Below, piece after piece: positions 1 through 14,100 of a DNA stretch of 64,000 nucleotides. Every line of letters starts with the position of its first letter. The first letter of the stretch is position 1. The stretch comes from Takakia lepidozioides (Eukaryota > Plantae > Bryophyta). The notes under the pieces are model-generated. The model was not told the DNA's origin. It worked only from the letters and a program-made list of their open reading frames with translations, and did not search any database. Where the stretch lies: contig CM060731.1 of assembly GCA_030704615.1 (NCBI GenBank), positions 16,058,001 through 16,122,000 of the forward strand. The letters are read 5' to 3'. The translations under genes and the position numbers were made by a program.

Positions 1-2140
1 ACAAGGCCAAAGACGTGGTGATAGAAGGCATGGTTGCAACAATGCCAACACTTGCATAGATGATGGGGATCAAAGTTGGAGGTTTGCTCTTTTGCAGCCA
101 CATCAGTGAACCCAGTGCAGCAAGCGATACTGTCAGTACCTATGATCAGACCAAGATGGAATCCGGTCAATGTAAAAACAACTTCATCGCAAATGAGAAC
201 TAGAAAAATTTATCACCAAAGCTTCACCACTGATCCATCAGCGTTAGAAAGATGTATTGATCAGATTTTGACTATTACATATCTGTGGAGGTACAATCAT
301 ATGGGATTTAATTCCACCAAGGTGTGAGACCCAGCTCAAAGGGTAAAGCCAATGAAGAACAAATTACACGGTCATCGGAGGGAGGGAGAGCGAGATGATG
401 AACATGCATCTAGTTGGACACTCAGAATAACAGGGAATAACAATACAAAGAGATGCAAGGTGCGCAATATGGGGCCCGGTACAGCTTGGAAGCACCAGTA
501 GTGGGCCCTAACTTCAATTGTTGGATCTGGCCTTCCAGATTTCCAAGAGAGAGAGAACGTACTCATAAGACATTGTTGCCGTAGCCAAGAGAGGGAGAGA
601 GGAGGCAAAAAAAGGACCACCTAGGTCTATAGGACAAAAATTAAATTCTCAAATAAGATTTTGAAAGCCAACAAAAGTGTAGAATGGCAAGTTGCCGCCT
701 TACATAGCCTGAAGACACAGGAAAACGACAGAGAAAGAGGAGTTTTCTTTTCAGGATGCAGTACTAGGTTAGCATTTGACTCGAGGCCTTGCAAGAGGTA
801 GTCCCAAGTGAATTCCAAGCCTCTAGCTCCCACCCACAGTGGAGCCAGCCTATGCAACAAAGCATCTGCAAATGCCCACCCTGCAACACACATCCGGGAC
901 ATGACGTAGAAGCCAACTTGCAAAAAAATTCACACCAATCACGGAAGAGTGCAAAAAGACAGCTATATCTGACAAAGAAGAAATAGATTTATTCTTGGTT
1001 AGGATTGTGTTATGCACCATGCCAACATTATCAAGAGGAAAACTGGAATCATTGGCAACCTACCGACTCCAACTGCTTGGAATTTGTGGTTCTGAGAGAT
1101 ATTGCGGTAGGTTAGCTGTGTGAGTGCAAAGTAAAGCCCCGCCACATCGACAAAACTGATGAGTGCCTTCAACAGCTCCTGGGAAATTCTCCAAAAGTAG
1201 ATAGATGAGGCAGTGATATATTAAGGAAACCTTTTTGTGATCTAAAACTTATTTATCTGTGATGGCAGCCCAAGACTTGTACCACGGCCAAGGGTTCAAC
1301 AGTATATGCTACGACCTGGTTCGATTTGACCCTGTGACTTTAAATCTAAACAATAAGTATTGCATGGATGCCGTTTCCTGAACCCTAAAACTTAATGGAA
1401 ACAACAACTCCTACAATTAACCAGGGAGGTCTCTAGCACACAAGGAGAGGTTGGGTTTTGTGCCCTGAAGTAAATTATTGAAGGGAAAGCATAGCCACCA
1501 CAAAATTCAAATCAGAGAGAGATGCAAATTTACAACAGTAAACATTCAAGTACAGAGAAAATTTCAGTCATTGTGATGGACAGAATTTCTAGGTATTCCC
1601 CATATTGGCTCCTGCAAGAAGTTTGCTCGAAATTTAGAAATGGATAGGTTAAAGCAACTGTGCTTGCTACCAGCCACAAATGTATGTTTAACTCGATCTA
1701 CTATGTATCCCTGGGGACACCTTTAATGTCGACCAGATGCTGCAGAACTCATTTTTTAGTGCATCTAAAGTGCCATGGCAAGATGACAATGTGAGAGGAA
1801 ATACAAGGGGTGACCTCAAATCTGAGTAGGAGTGAAAAGGATAACATACTTGGTATAAATCAAAACTATCATTTTCAGAGACCTGAAGAAATGTCGCCAA
1901 ACACACCAGCTGCAACCCACAGAAATTTGCAACCTTCAATCCGAGAATGAGGTAATACTGCACATCGATACATAATACTGATTGCGATCATGCCCAATTG
2001 TCGAAAGTTTTCCTTTCCACAAGAGCTCGACAATGGTATAAAAATCCGCACCTTGATGAAAAAGACACCAACCTGGACTCCTTAAAATCCCCTTTCTCCC
2101 TCTCTCTCACACAGACACACACAACTCCAGCTCTGATGTG
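1..2140 (-). mobile_element. Possible highly decayed Ty1/Copia internal region
   Basis: Partial PBS-like gctctgat at 2130 and faint gag/protease-like remnants (e.g. VANDSSFPLDNVG); weak. Confidence 0.25.
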
Positions 2141-2246
2141 GATTTGAAAAGAGGACCAACTTCAGGATAAATAGTTCAACAAGAGAAGCATTACCCTAAA
2201 TTCAGCCAACGGCTTAATCTGGTCTGCAGGCAAAGGGGGTTGATAC

Positions 2247-2966
2247 CAGTGTTGGGCGGTTATCAGGTTTTCGTGAGCTCCTCGGGTGCAGGTTTTTTGC
2301 CAATTGCCCCTTCTTTAGAACCTCCGGAGGCGGTTAAATGGACAAAAGAAGAAATTAAATAACCTGCCGGAGGCGGTTCTTTGATGTTTTCAAAAAACCC
2401 GGTTAAGTTCAATTCTGGTTATAAAAGACCTTTGCACAGGGGGTTTTTTGAACCGGTTCTGGAAGTTCAATATACTTCATAACCGGTAGATAACTGGCGG
2501 TCCTTAAAACGGTTATATTGCAGTCATGTAAATGAACTATTTATAAAATAAAAATTTATATATATTGAAATGATGAAAATATTAAATAAAGATTAAATAA
2601 ATGCCAAGTAGGGATTGACCAGCCATGCAAGATGGTTAGCCCTTGAAACTGGATCATCCAGATGATCAATAATGGACATCTTAGTTACCAGATTGGTGTC
2701 ACATTAATCTTAGCAAGGGTATATGCTGACACTATTTATTGATAACCAGGTCCTTTTTTAAGGCCATGGCCGGATACCAATAAATAAAAAACCAAACTTG
2801 CTCGGTTCTCGCCCCCGGGTTATCTCAACCCCTAGCCTCCACCGGATCTGTTTATATCCGTTTTTTTTTTTTTCTTGCACCTCCTCCGGATATATATACA
2901 TATATATATAACCGGTCTAATAACAGGCAGTTATAACCTGCCAAAGTTCATAACCGCCCAACACTG
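2247..2966. mobile_element. Non-autonomous hAT element (MITE)
   Basis: TIR CAGTGTTGGGCGGTTAT / ATAACCGCCCAACACTG; perfect 8-bp TSD GTTGATAC at 2239-2246 and 2967-2974. Confidence 0.92.
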
Positions 2967-4650
2967 GTTGATACCTGCATTTCAATAGAAATATTCAATA
3001 TTCCTGATATGTGAGCTGAAAGCATTCTTGGAATTCTCTGTTACAACACTACAATTTGTATTACCAAGACCTGGTTACGCCCAGAAGGCTTCACATTCTC
3101 TAGATATTTAAGTGGAACAAACCAGCACAGGTGCTGTCAAGTAAAATAAACAGATATCACATCATCCCACATTTAGTCATATTAATGAACGTGGAGTAGA
3201 ACATACCCAGTGGATCTCTTCTTGAGCTCCTTGGTTGATGACGTGATGGTAATCATAGACACATGTCGTGTTGTTTCCAAGCTGCCAAAGCATCCAGCTT
3301 CACAATGGTTAAACTTTGAAACAACAGGACAAACAAACATACCCCACGAATAGCACACACCTACAAGCACCTACGGAAGAAAGCCCTCTTCAAGTGGTTC
3401 CGGGCAGAAGTCAGTGATGTCAGTAGATTCAATACCTGTATTTTGGTGCAGGCCAGTAATCCTTCTCTACACAAACCCACTGAACTCCAAACCTACATAC
3501 CATGAAACTGTTCATCCACGGCATGTCACTCATAACAAATATGAACAGAATATTTTGGTGGCAACTGTCTCGATCGAATTGGAAGAGTAAATCGAAGAAA
3601 AAAAGAAAGAAAGGAAAAGCGGTAAAGCGTCAAAAGCGGCTGAACCCTTTGCGTAGTTCTGCCTTGAGAAGGCAGAGCCAACAAATGCATGGAATTCATG
3701 CAAGGCCTTCCCTCTAGTAATTATGAATAGATAGCAAAAATCTGGAAGATCACACAGTCCGATTGTGCTGAGTCACTTTCCTTTTATATTTTGCAAGCTG
3801 AGTCACCTTCCTTTTATGTTTTGCCAAAGCAAGAGAGCCCATCGTCGTTTTAGGCTTGTTAATAAATATCGCGGTAGCAGGATTTGAGCCCTGATTCACC
3901 CAGGTGGCACGAAGGGTAATATCGACAAGGCCTACATACAAGAAGATACTCCCTTCCGTTGTAAATTGCACCAAAGGGGGAGCAAAGATGAGCTTGTAGG
4001 CCGTGCCCACTGAGCGAGTCCTGCTGACAGAAATATTTATCTTCTTTATGTTAAATCCCCCTAGTAAGATGCAACGCTATTAGCGTATAAAAGAAGGAGA
4101 GATGAACACTAATGCCAAAATAAATGCAACTTATGATGTTACTTCACTCTAAAGTGCTATTGCTTTCTATTTGGAAAATGAATACTTTCTCATGGTTACG
4201 GTAACTACCTGGGCTAATGTAGTTACCTAAACCTCTCCCCAAAAGTCCGCATACCAAGTTAGCTATCTGGTTGACTCAACTAACCCTTTTTTATAATTAC
4301 TAGGGTGGCTGTAATGGTGACATCCAACTGATACCATATGACTTTTGAAGAGGGTTATTTTTTCCTCTCACTATAAAAAGAAAGAAGGAAGAGTGAAGAA
4401 TTTGCATAATCAAAGATAACTTATGGTATCACTTTACTTCGAATGGCTACGGATTCCTTTTAACAATTGTAACTAGGGCAACGGGTTAGCCAACTCCCCC
4501 CAAGGACTTGAAAGTCCCTAGCACGCAACCGGCTTACCTATGTACTTCTTTTATGGCTGAGTTGGCCAATAAGCCCCCCAAGTTCGCAGGGCCGGTTTAT
4601 TCTAGAGTGGTCCAGGAATTAAAAAGGGGGGCCTAATAAGGCCACGTGAA

Positions 4651-5523
4651 TCAATATATGAAGTGAGACATTTGTTTTGTTTTGTTTTGTAGCGTCGTTG
4701 AGATCTCCCAAACCGCGGCCCCACTGCGGGTGCTTGGTGTAGTTGGAAAGCCCTTGGTGAGGAGGGGTGCACCGGCTTGGTCTCATGATTTTTGGGCTAG
4801 TAGTGTGGGAGATCTGGAGCCAAGTGCTTTGGGTCGTTGGAAATTCGAGAAAAATAACAAAGTGGGCTTTCCTGGAGCAATGATTGGCCCTTCATGTGGG
4901 AGATTTAGAATTTCAAGTACTTTTAGTCGCTGGAAATTCGCAAAAAATAGCAAAGTGGATATATCAATATATGAAGCCTCGACAAGGGAGATTTAAAAAA
5001 TAACAAAGTGGGCAATGACATAGAGATCTCCCAAACTGTAGGCCTTTGGATACATTGGGGATTCATGCAGTGGACACTGGAAGTCACACTTGGGCCTCTA
5101 CATGGGAGATGCACTTGGATACATGAATAGAAGATTGCACTTGGGCTTAGATTTCAGCTTTTTACACATGGGCTACACTAGAGGTCGCACTTGGGCCTCG
5201 ACATAGGAGACGCACTGGGATACATAAGAAATTGCACTTGGTCTTAAATGACAATGGACACTTGGGCCTCTACAGGGGAGATGCATTGAATACATAAAAG
5301 ATTACACTTGGGCTTAGATGGGCTTGGACATAGGACATAGCACATAGGACATAGGAAATTGCACTTGGTCTTAGATTTCAATTATTCACACATGGGTCAA
5401 TGGCACAAGCTAACCTAGAGGTCGCACTTGGGCCTCGACATAGGAGACGCACTTGGATACATAGGAGATTGCACATGGGCTTAGATGACATTGGACACTT
5501 GGGCCAACGGCAGGCTACCCTAG
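4651..5523 (+). mobile_element. Non-autonomous Helitron-like element containing a degenerate CACTTGGGC minisatellite
   Basis: A|TC start at 4651, CTAG|T end at 5523, small GCC-aac-GGC hairpin near the end, no TSD. Internal repeats span ~5060-5505, with a ~238-bp duplication (5178 vs 5416). Confidence 0.5.
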
Positions 5524-5629
5524 TTAAGGAATGAAATGAAGGGTCCTAAAATTAAGGATCCCAAGGCGTTAATCGGGAAGGTTAATCAGGAAGGTCAGGA
5601 AGACGAAGGCCAATGGCCCATCCAACATA

Positions 5630-5965
5630 CACCAGTGTGGCTTTGAACCAGTGTTGGGCGGTTATTTGAACTTCTCTTTAGTACCGGGCGGTTACCTATC
5701 CGGTTATATATATATATATGACCGGCGGAGGTGAAAAAATGAAGTAACCGGTCCAGTTAGGAACCGGCGGAGGTCACGCATTCAAATAACCGAGCAATAA
5801 ACCTCTTAAAGAACCGCCCAATACCCGCGGTTATTTGATGAAAACCGGGTTAATAGTTTCCTAAAATTCGAAACAACCGGAACCGCCGGTTATGAAAAAA
5901 ATCAAATAATCGCCCAACACTGCTTTGAACCCACAAGGCCCTAACCAACCTGGCCATCTGCTGGA
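5630..5965 (-). other. tRNA-derived (SINE-like) Pol III head, split by the hAT MITE
   Basis: With the MITE and one TSD removed, the minus strand reads gatggccaggttggttagggcc-ttgtgggttcaaagccacact, which is A-box-like followed by B-box-like. Confidence 0.4.
5649..5922. mobile_element. Non-autonomous hAT element (MITE), same TIR family as 2247-2966
   Basis: TIR CAGTGTTGGGCG(G/A)TTATTTGA; perfect 8-bp TSD CTTTGAAC at 5641-5648 and 5923-5930. Confidence 0.92.
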
Positions 5966-6053
5966 TGGTTCCTTTCACTAGAATTAAGGGGCTGATTTGT
6001 CGGCGATTACTCGGTGGTCACTGTTCCATTTTTGTTGGCTCTGTCATCTAAGG

Positions 6054-6870
6054 AATAGAGGCATTGTGGAGACTTATTGCCTAGGCCTAGCTAGGTAGAG
6101 AACGGAGAACTAGGCTTATTTTGTTTCCTCTCTCATGTTTTTCCATTTTGTCCCATAAGCTCTTCGAGCTTTCCTCGGACGTTATAAAGTACCATTTCAT
6201 TCCATTCATTTCTCTTAAGCTTTGAGCTTCCCGTGGGGGTCGTAAAGATTCTCTCTCTTTCTTTCAAAAGCACCATTTCTCATTTCTCTCTTTCTTTCCT
6301 TTGGCGTTCTCAGATTCTACGAAATCTGAGCAGCTACTTTTGCCTGTTTATAGACAGTAAAGCACTGACAAAGGTGTCATGTTACGAAGATCAGAGCTGC
6401 CTACATAAGGCTCTCCAATTTAGAGAACCTTCCAAGTTGATTTGTAGTTTTCTCTGGTGTGCTGGTCTCAGAAAGTACCATTTCATTTCATTTCTCTTGT
6501 CCCATAATCTCTTTGAACTTTCCCTGGACGTTATAAGGCAGCGTTTCATTTCATTTCATTTAGTTCCGGATCTAAATGTGTGCTGGGCATTGAAATAATC
6601 AGAAGTAGCAACTGTTACCAGCAAGCCTAGAGAGAGAGAGCCTAGTCTTTAGAGGGTTGATGGGACCCGCAATGGATAGAGGCATTGTGGAGGCTTCTTG
6701 CCTAAGCGGAGCTAGACGGAGAACTAGGCTCATCCATTAAGCCTAGAGAGAGAGAGAGCCTAGTCTTAGAGGGTTGATGGGACCCCCAAGGGATAGATGC
6801 ATTGTGGAGACATCCTTAGGGGAGGAGTAGGCTTATCCATTAAGCCTAATCTATGGAGGGTTGATGGGCA
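6054..6870. repeat. ~118-bp degenerate minisatellite (atagaggcattgtggag...gagggttgatggg)
   Basis: 3-4 related units at ~6054, 6624, 6740 and 6840, split by LINE stubs. Confidence 0.75.
6121..6562 (+). mobile_element. Two 3' stubs of the (TTTCA)n-tail LINE family inserted in a minisatellite
   Basis: gtcccataagctc..gagctt..ggacgttataaagtaccatttca motif at ~6150 and ~6500; YEDQSCLHKAL remnant. Confidence 0.8.
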
Positions 6871-8188
6871 TGATTCATGAAGCCCTAGAAAAAGTATAAA
6901 ACAACAACCACAAAATCACCAAAGGACAGAGCCTCTTGTGGCGGAGCCGCTTGTTTCTTTATGGTTGAAAGAGGGAAAAAAAACCTACTATTCTAATGTT
7001 TGGTCTGACAAACCTAGCTGTGTAAAAAATGAGAATGAAAAGAGTACCTTAGAAAGATTGTAGGCTCATATGACATGGCCTTCTCGTGACACAGTGAGGA
7101 ACCCACCTTAGGTAATGGCGGTCTTGAAGGGTGACAACAAACAAGCTCAGATTCTGCGCGTAGTTTGTCCATGTCATCTATGACGACACTGAGATTTGAA
7201 GGAGAGAACTATCTCCTTTCGAAGGGCGTATTGTAAACTTACCTTTTGAGCCGCGAGTGCGTGGGTCAGTTTTGAACGAGCTCCACACTCAAGCATGGCT
7301 GCTTGTGAAGGGGAAACAAAGAGTACTGTTTATTCGTCCTCTCATACAAAATTGCTCGAAGGTGTGTGGGGTGGAGGTAAGTGGACAGACAGTTTAAGTG
7401 TTTAGGGGTTAAAAATGGTGCCCACCCAGATAGGCGACAGGCGACATTGGGTAACTTTATTTCGCTGGCTTCTCTCCCATAGTGGTTGTGAGCTGACTTG
7501 AAGCTAACTCGAATCAATCACATTGCCTTATATCTTTTCATCTATTATGGATTTTCAACAATTCATTCACAGCTAACTTGGAACTGTCTGCAAGAAACGC
7601 CTCTACAACCCTAGCAGCTCCTCTGGGCCGGAATGGGGACATCGCTGCCATCGGACCCACAATCCCTGCATGATCTTGGAGAAACCATTGCAACAGCTGA
7701 CTTAACGAGCTGATTGTCAACAATTGAGCAAGGAGTTTCGACCAAATGTGCATCATTGTACATATGGGTTTCGGTCGAGTATTGGATGCTGAGAGAGATA
7801 TGATCTGGTGAAAAAGCTGGTTAATTTGGGGAGTGAAAGATTCTTCTGAAGGAATTGGTTGGAGAGACACAGTCCAAGCTTGATGATCCGATGTAGCTGT
7901 TGGGAAGCTTTTTGATAAGTTGTGAATTAGGCAATGTCTGAATTCAAATTGAACAAAATAGGCAGTTTGACTGCAAAACACCGACCGCGTGGTAGTGAAC
8001 AACAAGAAGTTTTTAATTTGCTTTAACGGTTCTGCGATTTCGGAGCCTGAGCACGACCCACATGATAAGTTATTACACTTTTGGGGAATGCACAAGTTGG
8101 AACTGGACATGTGTGAGCTACACCCCCGTAATCAGAGAACATTCTCACATCAGGACTCGACACATTGTCCTGGTGTAATATACTGCTG

Positions 8189-11100
8189 ATGTGTTCGCTG
8201 GAGTCCAGTGAAGCGGTCGTGGGGTTGCTGCCAGAGGATGCCACCTCCATTCTGTGGAGACGACTCACATTTATAGGGGATAACTGCTTTTGGGTAAGTG
8301 TCGGCTCTAGTGTCCCACCTTGCCAGTTTGCTGGCTTGATGGTGGCTAGGTTCTTGGTAACACTACTCAAGAATTGCCTAATCCCGTTATCGTGTTGGAA
8401 ATTTTTACTTTATCTTTGCAGTTAATGTCAATATCCGATCCTGCATTTGGAACAGCCGACTTTCATCTTTCTGTGCTTTCCATTGTTGTAAAGGCACATT
8501 CTCTCCTCAGATAAGTAGTATTGAGGAGGGCGAGTACCTTTACTCCGTTAGTGCTACCAGGCCAAGGTTGACTTGTGAACTAAGACGTCAGCATACTCTG
8601 AAACCTTTTTTCCTCAGTATATTGGTTGAATGCTTGTGGAATGTGCCACTTCTATGTTGTGTTGTTTTACTGTGGCCATTGTTGCTTCTGTGTAACAGTG
8701 TTTGTGAAATCACATCATTAGCAGGAACAATATTCCCAGTAAAATGGATGCCCCTAATATGCGGCGCACTATTATGAAGTCCAGGCACCGAAAGAGTTCG
8801 CTATTCCATGACAAGTTTCCGAAGGAGGGCTCAGTCATGTTTCACTTCCCCCCTATGTAAGATCACCACTCTTGCCTGCCATGATTTTTAATCCTTTCGG
8901 TTTGTAGTAGCCAACATATGGTGAAACACACATCACAAGCAAGGAACAGAAAGAAAGAGGGGCCCACGACAATCAGCACAAAAACAACTGTTGCTCAATG
9001 GATGTCTAAGAGTCAAGGCATCATGCAGATATGCTGCCAAGCAATTTCTGATCCTCGTAATGTAAGACCTCTGTGAGAGATTGGGTATCTCGGAATAGAC
9101 AATTGGATCTCCCACGGATCTCATAGTAGGGAAGAGAGTGAAAGAATAAATGTTCTTCACTTTCAATTTCCCTGTTGTTTCCAGCACAAGTGGGGCACAG
9201 GTCTAGTTTCTAACAATTGTAACCTCAGTGTTTGCCGTTGATCATTTCTCTGTTTCAATCCACAGCCTGTGTGAGCAACTCGGAAACTGCCCACGGCCCA
9301 TGTGGGGCTGGAAGAGAGAGAAATGAAATGATACTTTACATAGAGGAAGAGGAACTCAATGGGAAACTCATGGGGGTTCCCATGAGCATGAGACAGTAGT
9401 CAAAAACCTTAGAACCAGAGAGACAGAGAACAGCAAGAGAGGATGGAAGGAACTTTCTAATGTGTCAACGGGTGGGGCATGACAGAGTGTGGAGAGAAAC
9501 TTTGCCCTGTATAAAGATTGTCCACTTTACCCTCAACAATTTCAATCTGCCATTGCATCTCACTTGTCCTGAAACGATTTGGGGATTGCTGCCTGCAGGC
9601 ATACCTTCGGATTTTCTGGAATGAAAGGGAAGCCGTCACAATTGGCATGTGTGGACAGCCATACTGTTGTATATGCAATTGGTTGTGGCCTTTTCCGCTA
9701 CAGGTCCCTCTCTCTTTCAGCTGTTTCGCTAGTGGGACTGAGAGTCTAGGGCTGAGCAGTTGCCGTCTGCTTCTTAATGACAAAGTACCAGAGACTATGT
9801 AAAAAAGTTGTCCCCAGTACGTGTGTAAGAACTAGCGGTTCCTTCTGTCTGTTCCTTCCCATCTTTGCATCCAGCAGGTTTCCTTTTTGCAGTAGATTGT
9901 CAGTCTACCTATTGGCTATTCCCCTTAATACTACGGGTGTGTCCTTATCTTGCAGCTCTCAAAGTTCGGTGCCTGTCGCGGTGCCTGAAGAATCTGTAGA
10001 GGTAAGGAAGTTTGCATGAAGGAGCTGTGCTGTAGATGCAATCATTCATCACATAGGGACACATTTCTTGAGATTATACTGTATATAGCAGGCTCTTCAC
10101 CAGACACAGACCCAGTTTTCTTTTTATCTTTGTCAGTAAAATGGTTGCAACAAGCTGGAGCTTTCCAGTACCTATGACCACAGCATGTGTCCTGATTGCA
10201 GGTCACAGTCAGAAAGTTCTGCATTTGGTCATCTTAGATCTCATGTGGATGCAATGCTGGGATATTTCTCCCAGTGAAAGACTTATACTGCTGTTGCAAG
10301 GTGGATATACACTTAATCCAGTTTGTTGGGGAGGCATTCCAATTAAGGGTGCATGATGGTCTGTTCCTTTTGTCTCCGGCACAACGAGGATCCCCCACGC
10401 CTTCTTCCATACTTGGGATAAATTTCCAATACATAACGTCACAATCCATACAAAGGGATAGTATACTTTGGTTGTGGCACTATAAGAACACTCCAATCCA
10501 TTTCATGACCTCCTTGTTAGTAACCTCACACTTCTGTACTTTCAGCACGAATACAGGTCTGTGTTGTAGATGGAAAGACATACCGCAACGAGCACTTAGA
10601 AAGAAAGAAGAGAAAAGAGATTGTATAATGTAGATAATACTGTCAAATTATGATGTCGGTCTTTGATGAGGCAGAGAATCATAGCTGTGGTGGGTTCATC
10701 AACAGGGCACCATGTGGCCTCTTGCGAGACATCAAAGGTTGGTCCAGCACAGGTACTTTACTTGTCTCTGTTCCCAGTTTGAGTTCTGTTTGTTTTTGCA
10801 CCTCATCTGAGTTCTCCTCTCAGCTCAATCTTGCAAGAAGTGTGCCTGCAGGCCTCCTGCTTTTGGTCCGTGTAGGTAATTAGTCTGTCCAACCTTGCCT
10901 TTTGTAGCCTCCTCATTAAGCTTGGAAGAGTCATTCAGATAGTAGCATTTTATCTGGATCTTGGGAAGGTGGCTTGAAAATTGACATAAACTGAACAAAA
11001 CTTTGACGGAGCCAAATGTTTATATAGGAGGGGGCATTGTAGGTGTCAATTTTTGATCTCCGGACGTCCAAGAAGGTGCAGACCCTTGTTTCTAAGAGTG

Positions 11101-14100
11101 GTGGAGGTAAAGTCAGCATCTCTTATCGATCAACAGATTGTTGCTCATTCTTCTAATGATTGTTGTCCATGTTTGTAGAATTCTAGCTTGGTGTCTGGGA
11201 TTGTTCTCATTGTCTTCTTGGCCTTTTTGGAAAGTCTTGAGAGAACCTTTGAGGTGAGATACACACAGGAAGCATAGCTCAACCTTAGACCTGTAATAGT
11301 GGTTTCCCTTCCATTGAACTGCTGCAGCTTATTTAGCAAGTGTTTAGTCAGGAGATGAAATTATGTCTTTCCTGTATATCATGAAGATGTTTACTGCGCC
11401 GGCCGTTTCTTTGGCAATTTCTGGGAAAGGTTTTCAGGACTGCCAAGAGCAATTGATTGCCTAACTGGTCCACATGGTCCACATGTGGAAGAAAAACCAA
11501 AAAACAACAAATGTTGCACGAAATGCAGTGTCTCATGGAGAAGAAACATAAAGAAACAGGTTTTCTGTGGGACACAGTAGAGGAAGTTGAAGAGGACACA
11601 TGAGAAAAAGTGCTAAGAAACCATTTGTAAAGACGCCAAAGGTCGCCCCAAGACAGGCCAAAGACGAAGACAGGAAGAGAAAATTTGCTTTATAAAGGCT
11701 TCCCCTTTTCCTCGCAAAAAAGCAAACAGAAGGAAAGGAAAACAAAACCAAAAAGAAAGGGAGAAGAAGGAATTTAGCATGCCCATAGGATGCCCAAAGA
11801 TTCTATGGGACCTTGATGAACTTCCAAATTAGATTCCTTCACAGCAGATGAAAACTTGATGCATGAATCAACATTTATCCAAGGGAGACTCAATTGCTGA
11901 ACTTCGTTGGTCTTCAGGTGTCCCTCACACCTTTGCCTTTGGGCTTGCTTGGGCAAATGAGCTAGAAAGGTCCCTTCTTTCTTTTTTCCCCTTCTTAGGG
12001 CTGGTGTGAGGAGAAGAACACGTTGGTCACAATGGTCAAAAGTGGCTGACACGGGGACATTCTGATGGAGTGCCTGCTTTGAACTTGAGAATGGCTTAAG
12101 TGTTGGCTCCTCTGCTGGTTTCCATCTTGCTCGCCCTTAGCCTTCAAGACATGCTAGAGCGTGCTTTTTTGCTCCTAACTTGCCTATTTTTTTGATTTCC
12201 CGTACAGCTGTCATCTTACACTAGTATTGGAGAGTTCACTTGAGATTCCAAGCATGTAAAATACATATCAAATCTATGGCTAATAACATTGGAGTTGGAT
12301 TTGAGCAGATGTTGAGGCATGTGCTTTTTCGAAAGATGAAAAGCAACTTGTGGCAGCTTGCAACTTCGGTGAAAATGGGTCGGTGCTCTATTGCTGGGAA
12401 ATCAAACATGCTAGGGCAAGACACGCCTTTCCTTCCTCTGCCTTCCTCCCCCGACAATTAGTCTATGTTTGTGATTCAAGTCAAGGTGGTGAAAACTTAA
12501 GTCCTACATCTCTTGATTGATGGCTGTCAAAAATATCATACTCAAGGAGGAATCTGGAACTAGGGGTACAGGAAAGAATCACCCACATGTGGGAACTGTA
12601 TGAAGTCTACTAATGGAGTAGCAGGCATTTGCCCTCAAAATTTCAATGACCATTCTGCAAATAGAAGACATGGTTAGCATGTATCGGTTGCTACTAGGTA
12701 GGGCTTGGTTGCAGCAAGCCTCCTCCATTATTGAGGCAACAACACTTTCACAATACACCAAGAAAGAAACACCTTTACTATTGCCATAAATGACCTCAGG
12801 CCTTGGATCTTGGGCCTCCCCAGATGTCCTTTTTTTCTGTCGATCTTCTCTCTCTCTTATGTCATGATATCTGGAAAATGTTCCTGGATCAATGTTCTAT
12901 ATCAAGGTAAGTCTTACGACCGATGTCAGCCCTGACAGAGGTAGGTTCTGTCCCTTTGTGTTCCGCTCAAACTGGGCGCGGGGTCAATGGCCACAAGGCT
13001 ACGGCAAACAACGTCTTATGAGTACATTCTCATGTCATGCAGACTAGCCGGAGAATGTCTTCTCACCCAAATTCTTTTCTTCCATAGGCTCTCTGAGTCT
13101 CCCATGAAGGATATGAAGTTAACTGCTTTCTTTCTGCCCTTTCCACATGACATCTGTGGGAGATTCAACTGTCCATTCCATGATATCCAATCTCTCACGG
13201 AGGTTTTCCATTACGAGGATCAGAAATGGTTGACAGCTTACCTGCATGAGGGGTTGACTTCTAGACAATCCCTTGAGCAATAGTTGCTTTTGGGCTGCTT
13301 GTGGAGGGCCCCTGTCTCTTTTTGTTTTTCATGTCTCTTGTCCCATAAGCTCTTTGAGCCTCTGTGGACGTTATAAAGTACCATTTCATCTGATATCTCT
13401 GTAAGGGCATTGGGGAGGTTTAGGGTGGTCTCTCACAGTCACTGGATAGAGGCTGGTAAGTGAGGACGGCCTGTGTCCCGCTTGTGCTGGAAACAACAGG
13501 GAAATTGAAAGTGAGAACATTTCTTCTTTCACTGTCCTCACTACGATGAGATATGTGGGAGATTCTATTGTCTATTCCGAGATACCCAGTCTCTCAGAGG
13601 TCTTACCTTACAAGGATCAGAAATGCTTAGCAGCATATCTGCATGAGGCGCTGACTCTTAGACAATCCCTTTGAATCCTTTTGGGCCGCTTGTGGAGGGC
13701 CCCTCACTCTTTCTTGTTTCATGCTTTCTCTTGTCCCATAAGCTCTATGAGCTTTCCGCAGACGTTATGAAGTACCGTTTCATTTCATTTCATTTCATTT
13801 CTTTGTCCCCTGCAAAGAATTCAAAAGTATAAAGTTTTAACACTTCTGTTTGTGCATCTTCGCACAGGAGTTGTATAGCACATTGTTTCCGCATGAGGTG
13901 ACACACGTAACAGTGAACCCCGAGGATTCAGAGGAGTTTGGAAGCAGTGGTATGTGCATGTTCAGTGAGCTTTTCTGCTGCTTATTTCTTGAGGAAACAG
14001 AACATCTCATTCACCAAAGTCAGTGACAAATGTGGAAAGCAAGTCTGTGGAAAGGAGGATCCAGATACTAGGTAATCAGTGTTTGCTTCTTTCATATGGT

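Noticed and set aside
3865-3940. tRNA gene (minus strand, gggctcaaatcc B-box-like)
   Set aside because: No complete cloverleaf; at most a decayed tRNA-derived fragment.
7538-8110. 190-aa minus-strand ORF
   Set aside because: No recognisable motif or coding-like composition; probably a chance ORF near the CFAP57 5' region.
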